From: Octopus vulgaris
Lineage: Eukaryota
Reading direction: 5' to 3'
NCBI GenBank assembly: GCA_951406725.2
Contig: OX597818.1
Span: forward strand, 23,436,001 to 23,500,000
DNA: 64,000 bases
Shown here: positions 1 to 12,254 of the stretch, piece after piece
Position numbering within the stretch: the stretch's first letter is position 1
Layout of the letters: each line of letters starts with the position of its first letter
Translations under genes and position numbers: made by a program
Notes under the pieces: model-generated
The model's input: the letters and a program-made list of their open reading frames with translations, nothing else
The model's database searches: none
Told to the model about the DNA's origin: nothing

Positions 1-500
1 AGGTGTACTTGGTTATGGACAGGCCAGAAAGGAAGAGATTTACCCTGTAATGTGAAAATCAGAGGCTCAGAATTGCAAGAGAGTATGTTAGAGAGAACCA
101 AGATATCATTGATGAGAAGTCTATTCAGAACAATGAAAACAAATTCCCCATCAATATAAAAGACAAGTAGCATTGGAAGTGTTATTATTAGAGGCTATTG
201 AACAAGAAGAAAGCAAAGGATATAGAGAGGCTACCTCATGCTGACCCTACAAAATACAGAAGGTTGAAAGCAACATGTAAGATAAAACAATTAAGGACAT
301 GGAGAGAAGAAAAGCTGTGGGTCCATTCCATATCTCATGAGTGAGAAGGATAAAATAAGCACTGAAATTGATAGAAATGACCAAAATCTTTGAAAGTGGT
401 GCCCCAGTATGGCCAATGTCCAATGACTGAAACCAATAAAAGAGGAATATAAGAAATATGAAAAAAAGTGTAGATCCATTGTTAAAGAATTCAAAAGTGC
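1..500 (+). mobile_element. Degenerate RTE-clade LINE ORF fragment (window starts inside it)
   Basis: Purine-rich, frameshifted coding-like text (LRIAREYVRENQDIIDEK...) resembling the region upstream of the RT in the other RTE copies in this window. Confidence 0.55.
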
Positions 501-569
501 TCTTTTTATTTTTACACAAACCAAAGAGTTTCTAGCAATATTTTGACAACTTCAAAGGTTAATAAATTA

Positions 570-1432
570 GGCATGGCTGTGTGGTCAAGAAGCTTGCTTT
601 GCAACCAAGAGGTATTGGGTTCAGTTCCATAGTGCAGTAGCTTGGGCAAGTGTCTTTTATTATTGCCTTTTATTATTGTCTTTTATTATTGTGAGTGAAT
701 ATGGTAGACTATGTGGGAACCCATCATATATACATTAGGGTGGAGCATTTTTTCATGATTTTCAATTATGTGATAAGGGTAGTGCAGAAAAGTTGTTAAT
801 GGACATCAAAATAACTGGTGCAAAATCTTAAAACTCTGCAACAATATCTTCCATCTCCTCAAACACATCAAGAAATGGAAAAAGGGGGAAAAAATACTCT
901 TACTTACTTATTTATTAGCTATAAAATAAAGTTTTCATTGCATCTTCTTCAGGTAGATTCTAAATGATTGTGATGAAATTATTCTAAAATACAATTGAAC
1001 ATGTTTTTTTTTTCCTGTGACTTCATATTCTGCCTCCACAAGGAGGGATGGGGTGTATTGTAATTTACATCTACATGAAAAATTTTCTGCATTTTATAAA
1101 TTACAATATTTACAATATTTTTGTATATTTTGAGGTGGTTCTGGAGACAGAAGATGAAGTCACAGAAAAAAATATGTTTAAGTCATATTTTAGAGAAATT
1201 TCATCAGAGTCATTTAAAAGTTATCCGAAGAAGATGCAATGAAAACTGTATTTTAAAGCTAATAAGTAGAGGCGTTTTTTCTCCACATTTTCCATTTTTT
1301 GATGCATTTGTGGAGACAAGATATTGTTGCTGAGTTCTAAGGTTTTACGCCAGTTATTTTGATACCCATTCACAACTTTGCCACACTACCTCTATATCAA
1401 AATTGAAAATCGTGAAAAAGCCCTCCACCCTA

Positions 1433-1475
<43 letters not shown>

Positions 1476-1672
1476 TGAGTGTCTTTGAGTTTGTTTTTCC
1501 CTCACACTACTTGACAACCAGTATTGGCTTGTTTATGTCACCATAACTTAGCAGTTCAGCAAAAGAGGCTGATAGAATATACTTTCAAAAATAAGTACTG
1601 GGTTTGATTTGTTTAACTAAACCTTTTAAGGTGGTGCTCCTTAATGATTGAAACCAGTAAAAGATAAAAGAT
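570..1672 (+). mobile_element. Old tRNA-derived SINE split by a MITE
   Basis: Head GGCATGGCTGTGTGGTCAAGAAGCTTGC...GGGTTCAGTTCC at 570-730. Body and tail resume after 1433 with (GT)n and ...GAAACCAGTAAAAGATAAAAGA. Same family as 8943-9335. Confidence 0.75.
735..1433. mobile_element. Fold-back MITE (Tc1/mariner type) with about 300-bp inverted arms
   Basis: Termini TTAGGGTGG...CCACCCTAA. 735-1040 is the diverged reverse complement of 1141-1433, with a spacer of about 100 bp. Confidence 0.8.
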
Positions 1673-2511
1673 AGAATTCCGTTTTAACTGTAATCTTAAA
1701 AAAAAAACCATCGATCAACATTCTTTTCTTTCAAAATTATATGAAGACACATTTTATCTTTCTTATATTTTCCACTGATATATTTACATTTAATCTTTTT
1801 TCAATATACTCACAAAATAGATTTCCTGTTATATAACTGGTATATGTAGATTTGGAGTTTCTAGTACATGCTTTCATGAAACTAGAGATACACAATGAAA
1901 AAACTCTTGGAGAAATTTTAATTATTTAGATCTGATGCATAAAATAATTGGTCATTGATATCATTAGAATTACACACAGTGATTTGTTAAATTGGCATAA
2001 AGACATTGTTTGTAGGAGAGAGGGGTATAGTCAATGGAATTAACCTCAGTCTGGTACATATTTTATTGACTTCAGATGGAAGAAAAACAAAGTCAGTTCT
2101 GGCACTCTGAGAGAATTAGAAATATGAATGCTGATGAATAAGATTAAATACTGCAAGACATTTAGTCCTGCAATTTATCCCTTTTGCAATTCTAACACCT
2201 TATAGTATGGTGCTGCTATATTTTGAGGAATTGAAAGGACCTTTGTCATTGAATATTCAGAAATATAGTTGTCTATGATTACCATCTAATACTAAAGTGG
2301 ATTCTTTGATGTTTTTGACACGATATTTAGTTTTCTCTTTTAGCCAGCACAACTAAAATCATGCTTGAGCATTGGCTATGTGCTGATACTTTTAAAAACA
2401 TCAATTATATTATCAGAGGATCAAGAAACTTCCTCAAGCTATTTTCATTAGTGTCGTTAATGATGTAAGTGAACCATATTTAACATTGATTTATCTTTAC
2501 CGTGAATAAGA

Positions 2512-2930
2512 AAGTAGGGAGTTGGCAAATGGGCAGAGTACCTTGCAGTATTTATTTACATGTCTTTATATTTTGGATTCACACCCATAGGGGTCAACTT
2601 TGCTTTCGTCCTTCCAAGGTTGATAAAATAAAGTACCAGTGAAGTCAATTGAAGTCAGTCTAATCAACTATACCTTCATCCAAAATGTGTGGTCTTGTGC
2701 CTCTGTTAGAAATCCTTATGAATAACAACAATAAGGAGGTGGATTGGCAGAAATAGTAGAGAGGCATCACACAATGCTTTGTGGCATTTAGCTATGTCAC
2801 CTTAAGTCTTGAGATCAAATCCCTCCAGGGTTGTCTTTGCTTTCCATCCTTTCAGGGGCTGATAGGTATGAACCAATGAGACTGATTACATCAATTACAC
2901 TCCTCCTAAAAAAATGTGTGGCCTTATAAT
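2512..2930 (+). mobile_element. Two tandem copies of a second SINE family
   Basis: Repeated core (G)TTGGCAGAA...GTC(A/G)ACTTTGCTTTCATCCTT...GATAAAATAAAGTACCAG...GGCCTTGTGCC, also seen at 3365-3570 (-), 48695-48905 and 56838-57477. Confidence 0.6.
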
Positions 2931-4315
2931 AAAAAGAATATTCAAAATAAACATTCTAGACATTTCCAAAACTGCCCTTATTTATTATGGCTTCAAAATT
3001 ATAACCCATGTTAGCTTTTACTTTCAATTCAATCCCATTGTATTGAGACTAGTAACATACTAGTACCTATTTTATTAATTTTCAAATGAATGAGCAGTAA
3101 AGTTCGCTAAAATGGTAACTTAATTACAAACAGTGAGATTCTGAACTTTAAAAAAATGCATGTGAAGAAATAACATTAAAACAATAGTTGATTTATCAAT
3201 ATTGGGTTCTTGAACTCTCAAGATTTACACCAAACTCTATAACTTACAACTGCCAGGCATATGTATGACAGCTTCCAGAAATGTATGTCAGACCCTGGCA
3301 TCCTTTCCTGAGAGAGAAAAATCTATGATTTCCTTTGATGCTACAGAGTCCAAATATTGGTTTCAAAGTTTGGTACAAGGTCAACAATTTCAGGGGAGGG
3401 GTAAGTTGATTGTATCAACCCCAGTGTTCAACTGGTACTTATTTTATTGACACCAAAAGGACAAAAGGCAAAGTCGGCCTCAGTGGAATTTGAACTCAGA
3501 ATGTAAGGACAGATGAAATGCAGCAAAGCATTTTGCCTAGTGTGCCAGCAATTCTGCTAGCTTGCTGCCCACAGGGTCCAAATATTATGAACCTTCATAC
3601 CTCAAAGAATCATTGATCATATCCTTAGGTTTTAAGTCAATCAAATAGCTTGTAAAAACTACTTAAGTCAAAATTTTGAAGCCATAATTAACACCTGTTT
3701 TGAACATGTCACATATTTTCAATTTACTAATGTGAAATAAATTTATCATAGCTAAAATTATTCCAATGAAATTAAAAATAAACCTAACAGTTAACTATAA
3801 CCTTCATTTTTAAAAAATGAGTTGAGGGAAATAACTTAAACAGGTCAATGGCATGAATAAATTAAGGAGAAATATACTGATTGGCATATGCAGGCAAATT
3901 GTTAATTGGAATTTTCATTTTAGCTGGAGAATAAACATCAAAACCTGTGATTGAAAAAAGAAAAAAACTAGGCATCATCAAAAACATGCTTTAGAGAAAA
4001 TGTGATTGTTGTTGTGGGCACAGGGAAAAACTAACAATCATGCCTTAACCTTATTTGACCTCATTTGCTTAAATTTGATAAAACTTTATGGTTTGATCAA
4101 TGGGGAGATCCTTCTTAATTAAACACAAGAGTTTTCTTCCAGTGCATTTAACTTTTAATCAACTACTTTTGTTATAGTAATTATACCATATAAGCATTAC
4201 TTTATTGACCCTCCCAAAATAAAAAAAAAATCAGTAACCTCATCTGTATTTGAATACAAAAACACTAAAGCACTAAAATGTGATCCCATAATAGTAGTGC
4301 TAAATATGACATATA

Positions 4316-5156
4316 TAGGGTGTTCCAAAAGTCATTAATGGGTTTCAATTTCTAATAACTTCCTTAACTTTACAAATAAATGCATGAAATTTTGATAGAA
4401 TATAAAGGACATAATGGAAATTAATATGCACAAGTCAAATTTTGCAAAACCACTACATTACTTATGAAAAATGACATCGCTTAAATGGCAGCCATTTCTG
4501 GCTTTGCATGCCCATCCAAAACTTGCACCATAACACTCTCAAGAGTTTCAGACCCCTCTTCTCTGATTTCTCTATTGATGTTCTCCTTCAGTTACACCAG
4601 GGTCACTGGTTTGTTGACATAAACTCTCTCTTTCAGATATCCATGATTGAGACCTTTTTGTGCCCAGCCATTCAAAGTAGACCTCACACATGGTTTCAGC
4701 AAGATGGGGCAACTGCTCATACCACAAGAGAAACAATGCAGTTGCTATAGCAGTGCTTTGGAGAGAGAATAATTTTCCACAACAGCAATGTCAACTAGCT
4801 TTCACAGATTTTTTGCTGTGGGGATACCTGAAAGAGAGGGTTTATGTCAACATAGCAGAGACCCTGGTGCAACTGAAGGAGAACATCAATAGAAAAATCA
4901 GCGAAGTGGAGGTCTGAAACTCTTGAGGGTGTTATGGTGCAAGTTTTGGAATGAGCATGGGCATACGAAACCAAAAATGGCTGTCATTTAAGCGATGTCA
5001 TTTTTGATAGGTGATGTAGTGGTGTTTCAAAATTTGACTTGTGAATATTAATTTCCATCATGTCCTTTATATTGTATCAAGATTTCATGCATTTATATGT
5101 AAAGTTAAGGAAGTTATTAGAAATTGAAACCTATCAGTGACTTTTGGAACACCCTA
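4316..5156. mobile_element. Non-autonomous Tc1/mariner derivative with about 330-bp inverted arms and a transposase remnant
   Basis: TA-flanked TAGGGTGTTCCAAAAGTCA / TGACTTTTGGAACACCCTA. Internal + strand remnants TWFQQDGATAHT and DFLLWGYLKERVY are catalytic-domain motifs of Tc1/mariner transposases. Confidence 0.85.
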
Positions 5157-5174
5157 TACACATTATATATATAT

Positions 5175-5392
5175 ATGGACATCTTGTCAGACTCTAATGT
5201 CAATGGATGTATACCTCTTATGCCCATTGCCATTAGAGTCTGACAAGTCGTCCATAAAGCTAAGCGCTTGATAGATATGAAACCATTGGCCATTCTATGA
5301 CTGGACATATACTTAACTGCATATAAATACATTACTGCTCAATGCTTTAGACTGTGGGTTTTTTTTTTTTCAGATATATGATACACTGACTC
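5175..5392 (+). mobile_element. Penelope-like pLTR remnant with inverted 5' segment and degenerate hammerhead, between (TA)n tracts
   Basis: Hairpin 5175-5255. TAGAGT-CTGACAA...GAAA-CCATTGG-CC-ATTCTA gives hammerhead topology at 5234-5297. Confidence 0.5.
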
Positions 5393-5419
5393 TATATATA
5401 TATATACATACACACACAC

Positions 5420-5640
5420 ACAAGGTGGAGGCTGAAAAGTTCCTGGCTTTGGGTAAAAGAAAATACAGGAGAATCAGTTAATTATAATTTTACTCAATAT
5501 ATTCCCCTCTCAGATTCACAAACTTATTGCAGTGGTCCTTCAGTTTTTCCAAGCACTGTAAAAGAACTCAGAAGGTTGGGCCTCCAACCAGGCCTTTTGC
5601 AACACCCTTAAAGTCAAGAACTTTACAGTACCTCCTTGTA
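5420..5640. mobile_element. Small mariner-type MITE
   Basis: Diverged TIRs ACAAGGTGGAGGCTGAAAAGTTCCTGGCTTT / AAAGTCAAGAACTTTACAGTACCTCCTTGTA. Confidence 0.65.
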
Positions 5641-6129
5641 TGTATGTATATATATATATAAATATTAGAAAAGGATCTGCAAAAAGATGATATTCATTTT
5701 CCATTAACTTTTAAAAGGTTTTGTCTAGAGAAAGGGACATAGCTTTCACAGGTTCTCGAAGACCAGTGAGATTGATGCACTTGATTACTTTCTTGAACAA
5801 CTACAACAAAGAATGTAAGTTCTCCAAATTCAAGCATTTGAGTTGGTATGTAAGACTAAAAGTGAAAATTGTTGTTGTTTTTATTTAACTTCACATCAGG
5901 CATGACTGAGCAGATCTGTGATCATTCCATCTTTTGTTTTAAGGACCACAGTTATCCTTCTTACATATGTCCTCTTTTATCTTCAAGGCAGTAAGATGTG
6001 ATCTGAGGAAGATCTCACTGCAATTTCTCGCAGGTTGAGAGACTGTGCAGAGAACCATTTCATTGGCTTCAATGAACTGAAAACTGCCTTTCTTGTTTCA
6101 TTAGTTTACTCTGGAAATGGTGGGGAAGT

Positions 6130-6450
6130 ATCCATGACCTTCGCAAGCCTTCTGGGATCATTGAGACTGATGCCATTAATATTCCAACTGCGAAAGATGT
6201 ACAGGAAAAGAATTCCAGTGTATTGGCATTCTGGGAAGGAAGAGTTATGGATAGTGGCTAGTGAGGAATGGAAGTTGGACACTATAAGAGTGAAGAGAGG
6301 AGTGGAGGATGAATAGAGGATACGTGGGTGGAGGTGATACAAGATCACCTAATGCTGAGGAGCAGAAGCCATAAAAAAAATTGAGAGAGGAGACAGCACA
6401 TCCATGGTCCAAAAACTGGACTGCATCTGTGAGTGACTTTATACCATTCA
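6130..6450 (-). mobile_element. Jockey/I-group LINE 3' ORF remnant
   Basis: Minus-strand translation resembles the typical C-terminus: FYGFCSSALGDLV...HSYSVQLP...FLPR..HWNSFP. Confidence 0.5.
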
Positions 6451-6845
6451 GTTATGTGGTGTATTATTGGATGTTATCCAACATATTTGTGCTACACCAA
6501 CCCAGCTGAGACACATTACCAGTAGTTTACAACCAAGTAAATGATGATTATTTTATTTTATTTTAATTAGCTAGGCCAGGAATGATTTCATTTGGAATAA
6601 TTAAATTCCTGGAGAGATTAATGCATTAAATGAGTTGAGTTGAAGCAGGTTTATAATAATAAGCTTAGAAGAGCATTTGTATTATATGGTTTTAAGATAT
6701 ATTATCAATGGGTTAGCTCTATAACAGATGCAAGTAGAAGTCTAACCCACAATAAATTTGTATTTTATTTCGAGACAGTAGTCAGTAACTGAGATACTTT
6801 CTAGCTCTGAAGAAGAAATCCGATCTTCCTAAAGTAACTGCCATT

Positions 6846-7005
6846 TAATGAAGATTCATTATCACAGGAAATGTGTCGAAGCCGACAGGAAGCATCGATG
6901 CTTCCTAGGTCTAAACAGCGGTGGTGTAATCCCCTACTGTCACGTTAAATTGACAGTATACAACCATTCTATCGCCCCACCACCGTACATATCTCTATGA
7001 GATAT
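6846..7005 (+). ncRNA. Candidate structured RNA element (five hairpins, hammerhead-like topology with variant core)
   Basis: Perfect 20-bp palindrome 6887-6906. Stem CGGTGGTG(6919-26)/CACCACCG(6978-85). Hairpin TACTGTCA/TGACAGTA. Flanking hairpins at 6846-6861 and 6989-7005. CpG-rich within a CpG-poor intron. Confidence 0.3.
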
Positions 7006-7407
7006 TTAGAAATTTAATATTTCTGATTATCACAAAGAAAATATGAAAAACTGGAGCTGATTGAAATTAAATATTTCAACTAAATATATGAAAGCAATAA
7101 GTAGAAGAATGTTACTACCACTTAGCAGTGTGGCCAAGAGAGACTGATAGAATAATTACAGACTTATAGTAAGTACTGGAGCTAATTTGTTTAACTAAAA
7201 ACTCACATGTGGTACTCCAGTATGGCCACAATCTAATGACTGAAACAAATAAAGGAGAGAAAGCGTTTCAATTTTTAACATGCATATGTATTATTCTTCA
7301 CTCTCACTTTATGCCAAGCATATTTAGCTTCTTAAAAAAACGCACACAAGATTAAGTTAGTCTATTCCATTTCTAACACTGCACCAACATAAAATTATAT
7401 AACATAC

Positions 7408-7721
7408 CTCCATTGTAAGAATATCAGGTTTAGCAGTAACTCCATATGGTTTCAGATCCAAATCACCAATACTCCTTGTCATGGCTAAACGGCCATTGAC
7501 ATGTGATCGTCCTAAACTGTTCAAAGAAATGAAACCGCCACATTTTTTGATGCGAGAAGCTTCTTCCTCAACTTCAGGATCATGGTCTTGAGTCAGACGA
7601 ACTGCTTTTCCCTGTCGGCAAAGAATAGCACAACTGTCGCCAACATGTCCTATCACCAATCCAACACTGTTTTTCAGTAAACATACAGTAGCTGTTGTCC
7701 CACAATGGAAATTGGAAGAAC
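7408..7721 (-). CDS. PPM1K: Protein phosphatase 1K (mitochondrial PP2C), internal coding exon
   Basis: [10 protein letters not shown]...[15 protein letters not shown]...TQDHDP...[35 protein letters not shown] closely matches PPM1K. Acceptor ttcttgtag|G at 7722/7721 and donor GAG|gtatg at 7408/7407. Phase-1 join with the upstream exon gives LLFS-R-SSNFHCG. Confidence 0.92.
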
Positions 7722-8034
7722 CTACAAGAATACATAACATTAAAATAAACAATAATTATAAAAAACACCAAAGGCTGAAATTACAAATGACACCTAAGTA
7801 TTAACCTATTTTATGGTAATCATGAAAATTATACCAACCATGGCTGTGTGGTTAAGATGTTTAGTTTGCATCTACATGGCTTCAGGTTCAATCCTACTGT
7901 ACAGCACCTTGGGCAAATGTCTTCTACTAGAAGCTGGAGCTGGTCAATGCCTTATGAATGAATTTGGTAGATGGAAAGTGTGGAAACCTGTTATGTGTGT
8001 GTGTGTATATATATATACATATATATATATTTAT

Positions 8035-8315
8035 TGGCTGTTGCCAGCCTCGTCTGGCCTCCGTGCTGGTGGCACATAAAAAGCATCATCCGATCATGGC
8101 CGTTTGCCAGCCTCGTCTGGCACCTGTGCCGGTGGCACGTAAAAAGCACCCACTACACTCATGGAGTGGTTGGCGTTAAGAAGGGCATCCAGCCATAGAA
8201 ACATTGCCAGATCAGACTGGGCCTGGTGCAGCCTTCTGGTTTCCCAGACCCCAGTTGAACCATCCAACCCATGCCAGCATGGAAAGCGGACGCTAAACGA
8301 TGATAATGATGATGA
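8035..8315 (+). mobile_element. RTE-tail repeat inserted in the microsatellite of a SINE (host about 7838-8500)
   Basis: Ends CCATGCCAGCATGGAAAGCGGACGCTAAACGATGATAATG, the 3' tail shared with the RTE copies ending near 34560 and 41160. Confidence 0.7.
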
Positions 8316-8942
8316 TATATATATTTATATGTGTGTGTCTTTGTCTCTCTCCAACACTGCTTGACAACCAGTGTTGGTTTGTTTACATCCCTAAAGCTTA
8401 GCAGTTCAGCCTAAGAGACTGATAGAATAAGTATCAGACATAAAAATAACTATTGAGGCTAATTTTTTCAACTAAAACTCTTCAAGGTAATGTCCCAGAA
8501 CAAAGATAGTAGTCTTATGGTCCAAGAAAGAGGTTGTGCAATTTTTTGCTGGACACCTGCATAAATGATTTGTTTATAGTGACTAAATGCATGTGCTGCA
8601 CATTGGCGGCTCACTCTTTCCATCAAATCGGTGTTGCTTGAACAGTTGCACAGCACACAACACATCAGGTGCTGGAATGATCGCAGAGCAACACGAAATG
8701 TAGTGTTTTGCTCAAGAACACAAAGCACTACCTGGTCCAGGAATTGAAACCATGACTTTGCAATTGAGAATGCAACACTCTAACCACCAAACCATGCACC
8801 CTCGACAATGCCCCAGTATGGGCACAGTTCAATGACAGAAACAAGTAAAATATAAAAGATATACCTTCAAAAATTTGTTCATTTGTTTTGTAGATCAGAC
8901 AGATCATTTGCAAATTACAAATATCTTAATCTTATCATATAT

Positions 8943-9335
8943 GCGTAGGAGTGGCTGTGTGGTAAGTAGCTTGGTTACCAGCCACATGGTTCCAGGTTCA
9001 GTCCCACTGCGTGGCACCTTGGGCAAGTGTCTTCTACTATAGCCTCGGACTGACCAAAGCCTTGTGAGTGGATTTGGTAGACGGAAACTGAAAGAAGCCC
9101 GTCGTATATATGTATATATATATGTGTGTGTTTGTGTGTCTGTTTGTCCTCCCAACATCGCTTGACAACTGATGCTGGTGTGTCTACGTCCCCGTAACTT
9201 AGCGGTTTGGCAAAAGAGAACTGATAGAATAAGTACTAGGCTTACAAAGAATAAGTCCTGGGGTCGATTTGCTCGACTAAAGATGGTGCTCCAGCATGGC
9301 CACAGTCAAATGACTGAAACAAGTACAAAGAGAGA
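8943..9335 (+). mobile_element. Near full-length young tRNA-derived SINE
   Basis: A-box/B-box-like head TGGCTGTGTGG...GGTTCAGTCCC, central (TA)/(TG) microsatellite, tail ...CAAATGACTGAAACAAGTA. Near-identical copies at 37467-37866 and 46528-46932. Confidence 0.85.
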
Positions 9336-10810
9336 AAGAGAAAGAGATACCTTTTGTACTTTAACTATTAATTTGAACTCTTTCACATCAGCCTCAAACG
9401 TGTTAGTCCAAGTTTTCTTTGTCCATACTATTCTGATATATATATATCCATACAGGCATAGCTATGTTGTTATGAAGCTTGTTTTGCTGTCATATGGTTT
9501 TGGGTTCAGTCCCACAGCATGGCATCTTTGGCAAGTATCTTCTACTATAGCCTAGGGGCAAACAAAGCTTTGTGAGTGAATTGGTAGACAAAAACTGAAA
9601 GAATCCTCTGTGTGTGTGTGCGTGTATGTGTGTGTGTGTGTGTGTGTCTTTGTCTAGACATCACATTACTGTTGTAAGTGAGCATTATCATTGCATAGAC
9701 AAGGTTGTTCATTTCCAGTCTTCCATGAAAAATATGTCTGAGCATGGGGAAATATTATCATGCTTGGAAACAAGCAAAGGTTGGTGACAGGAAGAGTATC
9801 TGGCTGTATAAAATTTACCTCAACATATTTCATCTGACCCATGCAAGCAAGGAAAAGTGGATGTTAAATGATGATGATGTTGATGATGATTTGATAGCCT
9901 ACATCTTTTACTCATTTTTTAATAATATATCCATACCAATTACATCTCTTTGAAAAACAATATCTAAGCTTGCCTGGACAGTCTAACAATGCAGTTGTCA
10001 CTATATGTCCCAAGCTAAACTTAATTTCATGCTTTCATAGCTTTATTTAATTTGGTGTTATACTAAGCTTTGAAAGAATGAGACACCAAATATATGTTGA
10101 CCCACTAATCTGATATACAGTCTTTAACTGTTAAACTAATCATGACCACCATCATCATTTTGACATCCACTTTTCTATGTTTACATGGATCAAACAAAAA
10201 TCATTAACATAGGTTCCCTACAGCCTGATGTCCTTCCTGTTTCCAGCCTTCACCTGTTTCCAAGCAAGGTAATATTCTTTAATAGCTTCACATGTATATT
10301 TCCACAGAAGATTGGTAATGAAATATTCTCATTTACAACTACTGCATCATGTCAGGACAAGGAGATACATACACACACATATGATGGGCTTCTTTCAGTT
10401 TTGGTCAACCAAATTCGCTCACAATGCTTTGGTGAACCCATGATAAGAGTAGAAGACACTTTCTTAAGGTGTCACAAAACCAGGTTGTTAGGAAGCACAG
10501 CCCATATACCTGTACTCACCTCCAATATATACAATAGCTCATGACCCATAAAACAATATATTTTTCAGATACCATTTGATCTACTCTTCAATAAAAAAAA
10601 AAAACATTTTTGGCCAACATGAGCAAATATCTAAATATTCCTCTAATAACAATGAATAACAGCATTAAGTTATTTCATTGTAAAGACCACACAAAATGTA
10701 AAGACAGTGAAATACTGACTCTCATCACCCCACAAAAAAAAACTATAATAATTGCATTCCAAAGAAGAATTATTCCCAATTAATTAAAAAAGAAAGTGAG
10801 CAAAACATAC

Positions 10811-11342
10811 GTGAGAAAAGTAAATAACGGGCAAGTTGGTTGTTGACATCTATAAATGATTGCTTAATAACTTCTTCCAGATCATCAGTTTGGTTCAACC
10901 AAAACAAAATGCTCTTCTTCATCTTTTGATTGACAAAATCAACAGCTTCTGTACCCGCATGTCCGTCAAACATTCCAAAATAGAGAAGATTGGGAGAAAG
11001 TTCTTCAACAGCATAGCGATCTTCATTAACTTTACGCCGTCCTAACAGTGTAGCACTTCCAATTTCTGTCAATGGAATTTTGGGAATAATCTTGCCTCGT
11101 TCAATACTTTCTTCATAGTGAATTGGTAACTCAAGACGACTATTCCAACAGCCAAGGGTGTCAAAGTTAATTCCAGCTTGTCGACTACCTTTGTTCTCAG
11201 GATCAGATAGAAACCTATAGTTTTTTGAAGAAGTGTGGTAGAATTTCTGTTTTAATTGAGTTACAGTTGGCTTCTGAGAAATTAAAAGCCATTGAGCCTT
11301 GATCAAAGAGGCTAGTTGAGCAGGTTGTCTTGAGATAAGCAT
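10811..11342 (-). CDS. PPM1K: Protein phosphatase 1K, first coding exon (transit peptide plus PP2C N-terminus)
   Basis: Basic, acid-free N-terminus; FDTLGCWNSRLELPI; GRRKVNEDRY; YFGMFDGHAG metal-binding motif. Acceptor ccctctatttcag| gives exon start 11375, ATG at 11342, donor C|gtatg at 10811/10810. Confidence 0.92.
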
Positions 11343-12254
11343 CCAAGAAGTTTCAAATAGCAGTAATAATTTCTTCTGAAATAGAGGGAAAAAGAAGCAT
11401 TTTATTAATGTACAACTGAAGGCTCTCTTAATATATAAAAAGAAAACCCTTTTCCAAAGATTTTTTGAGAAAGTAACAGTCTCTTTTTGTGTTGAATCAA
11501 GCTCAAATGCGGTTAAATTGGAGTACTATTCATATATCTGAGGCAATACTACTGCACCATATACAAGTAGTTTGTACAGCACTGCCACCACTAACTCCAC
11601 CAAAACAAAAACAAAAATTATCTGACTGAATAATAGGGATTTGTTCACCAACACACTACAACCCCTAGCAGACAATTATGCAATTTTTAGTAAATGAGAG
11701 AGCTTCAATACTGTCACTCAAACTGTAAGAAATAGCAGCCAAATAGCCCTCAAATCATACCTTACCATCTTTAAAAAAAAGGACCCATTAGATAATGTAG
11801 TCTAAAATTAGATAAACTATGTTTGAAACAAAGACATAACAATTGTGACAAATATGTCTCTGATGAAAGGAACTTCTAAATCAGCTTGAGCCTGAAGTTA
11901 TACAACAATCATGTTGTTCCTTTTCCATGTTTCCTCTACTACTACAACAATTTATTTTTTACTCCTCTTGGCAAGAAAGTTACATCTCATTCCTGCCCAA
12001 CATCACCTAATTAATACAGAGTTTTCATCAAATCTCAAACCTTGAAACTAACAGTTTCCCCAATCTTTCTTCTCAAAACCAGAGCTCTTTGATATTCTTC
12101 TTCTGCCCACATATTTTCTCCATAGACATCAACTTCTTCAATCTGGGGGTGGTCTGCAGCCCTCATGTTCATGGGTAAAGCCCCTCAATATTCCTCAGGG
12201 CTAGTCTCTAATCTAGTCATTAGAAACATACCACAGTTTAAATCATCTCTAAAA

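Noticed and set aside
5117-5332. 71-aa minus-strand ORF as a PPM1K exon
   Set aside because: No PP2C motifs; it overlaps a TIR and a palindromic repeat
6871-6992. H/ACA snoRNA
   Set aside because: An ACA follows the + strand hairpin, but that strand is antisense to the host gene, there is no ANANNA H box, and pocket-to-ACA spacing is too long
1-7400. Remaining PPM1K 3' exon(s) (expected TTDG...EDN...PFGAWGK motifs)
   Set aside because: No such motifs found by eye on the minus strand; they probably lie left of the window
8943-9015. tRNA genes (also 19240-19295 and 34845-34915)
   Set aside because: A/B-box-like heads continue into SINE bodies or microsatellite and give no complete cloverleaf
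10770-10810. ORF-track C-terminus MFCSLSFLINWE (and the N- and C-terminal ends of ORF 7357-7752)
   Set aside because: Intron read-through past clear splice sites
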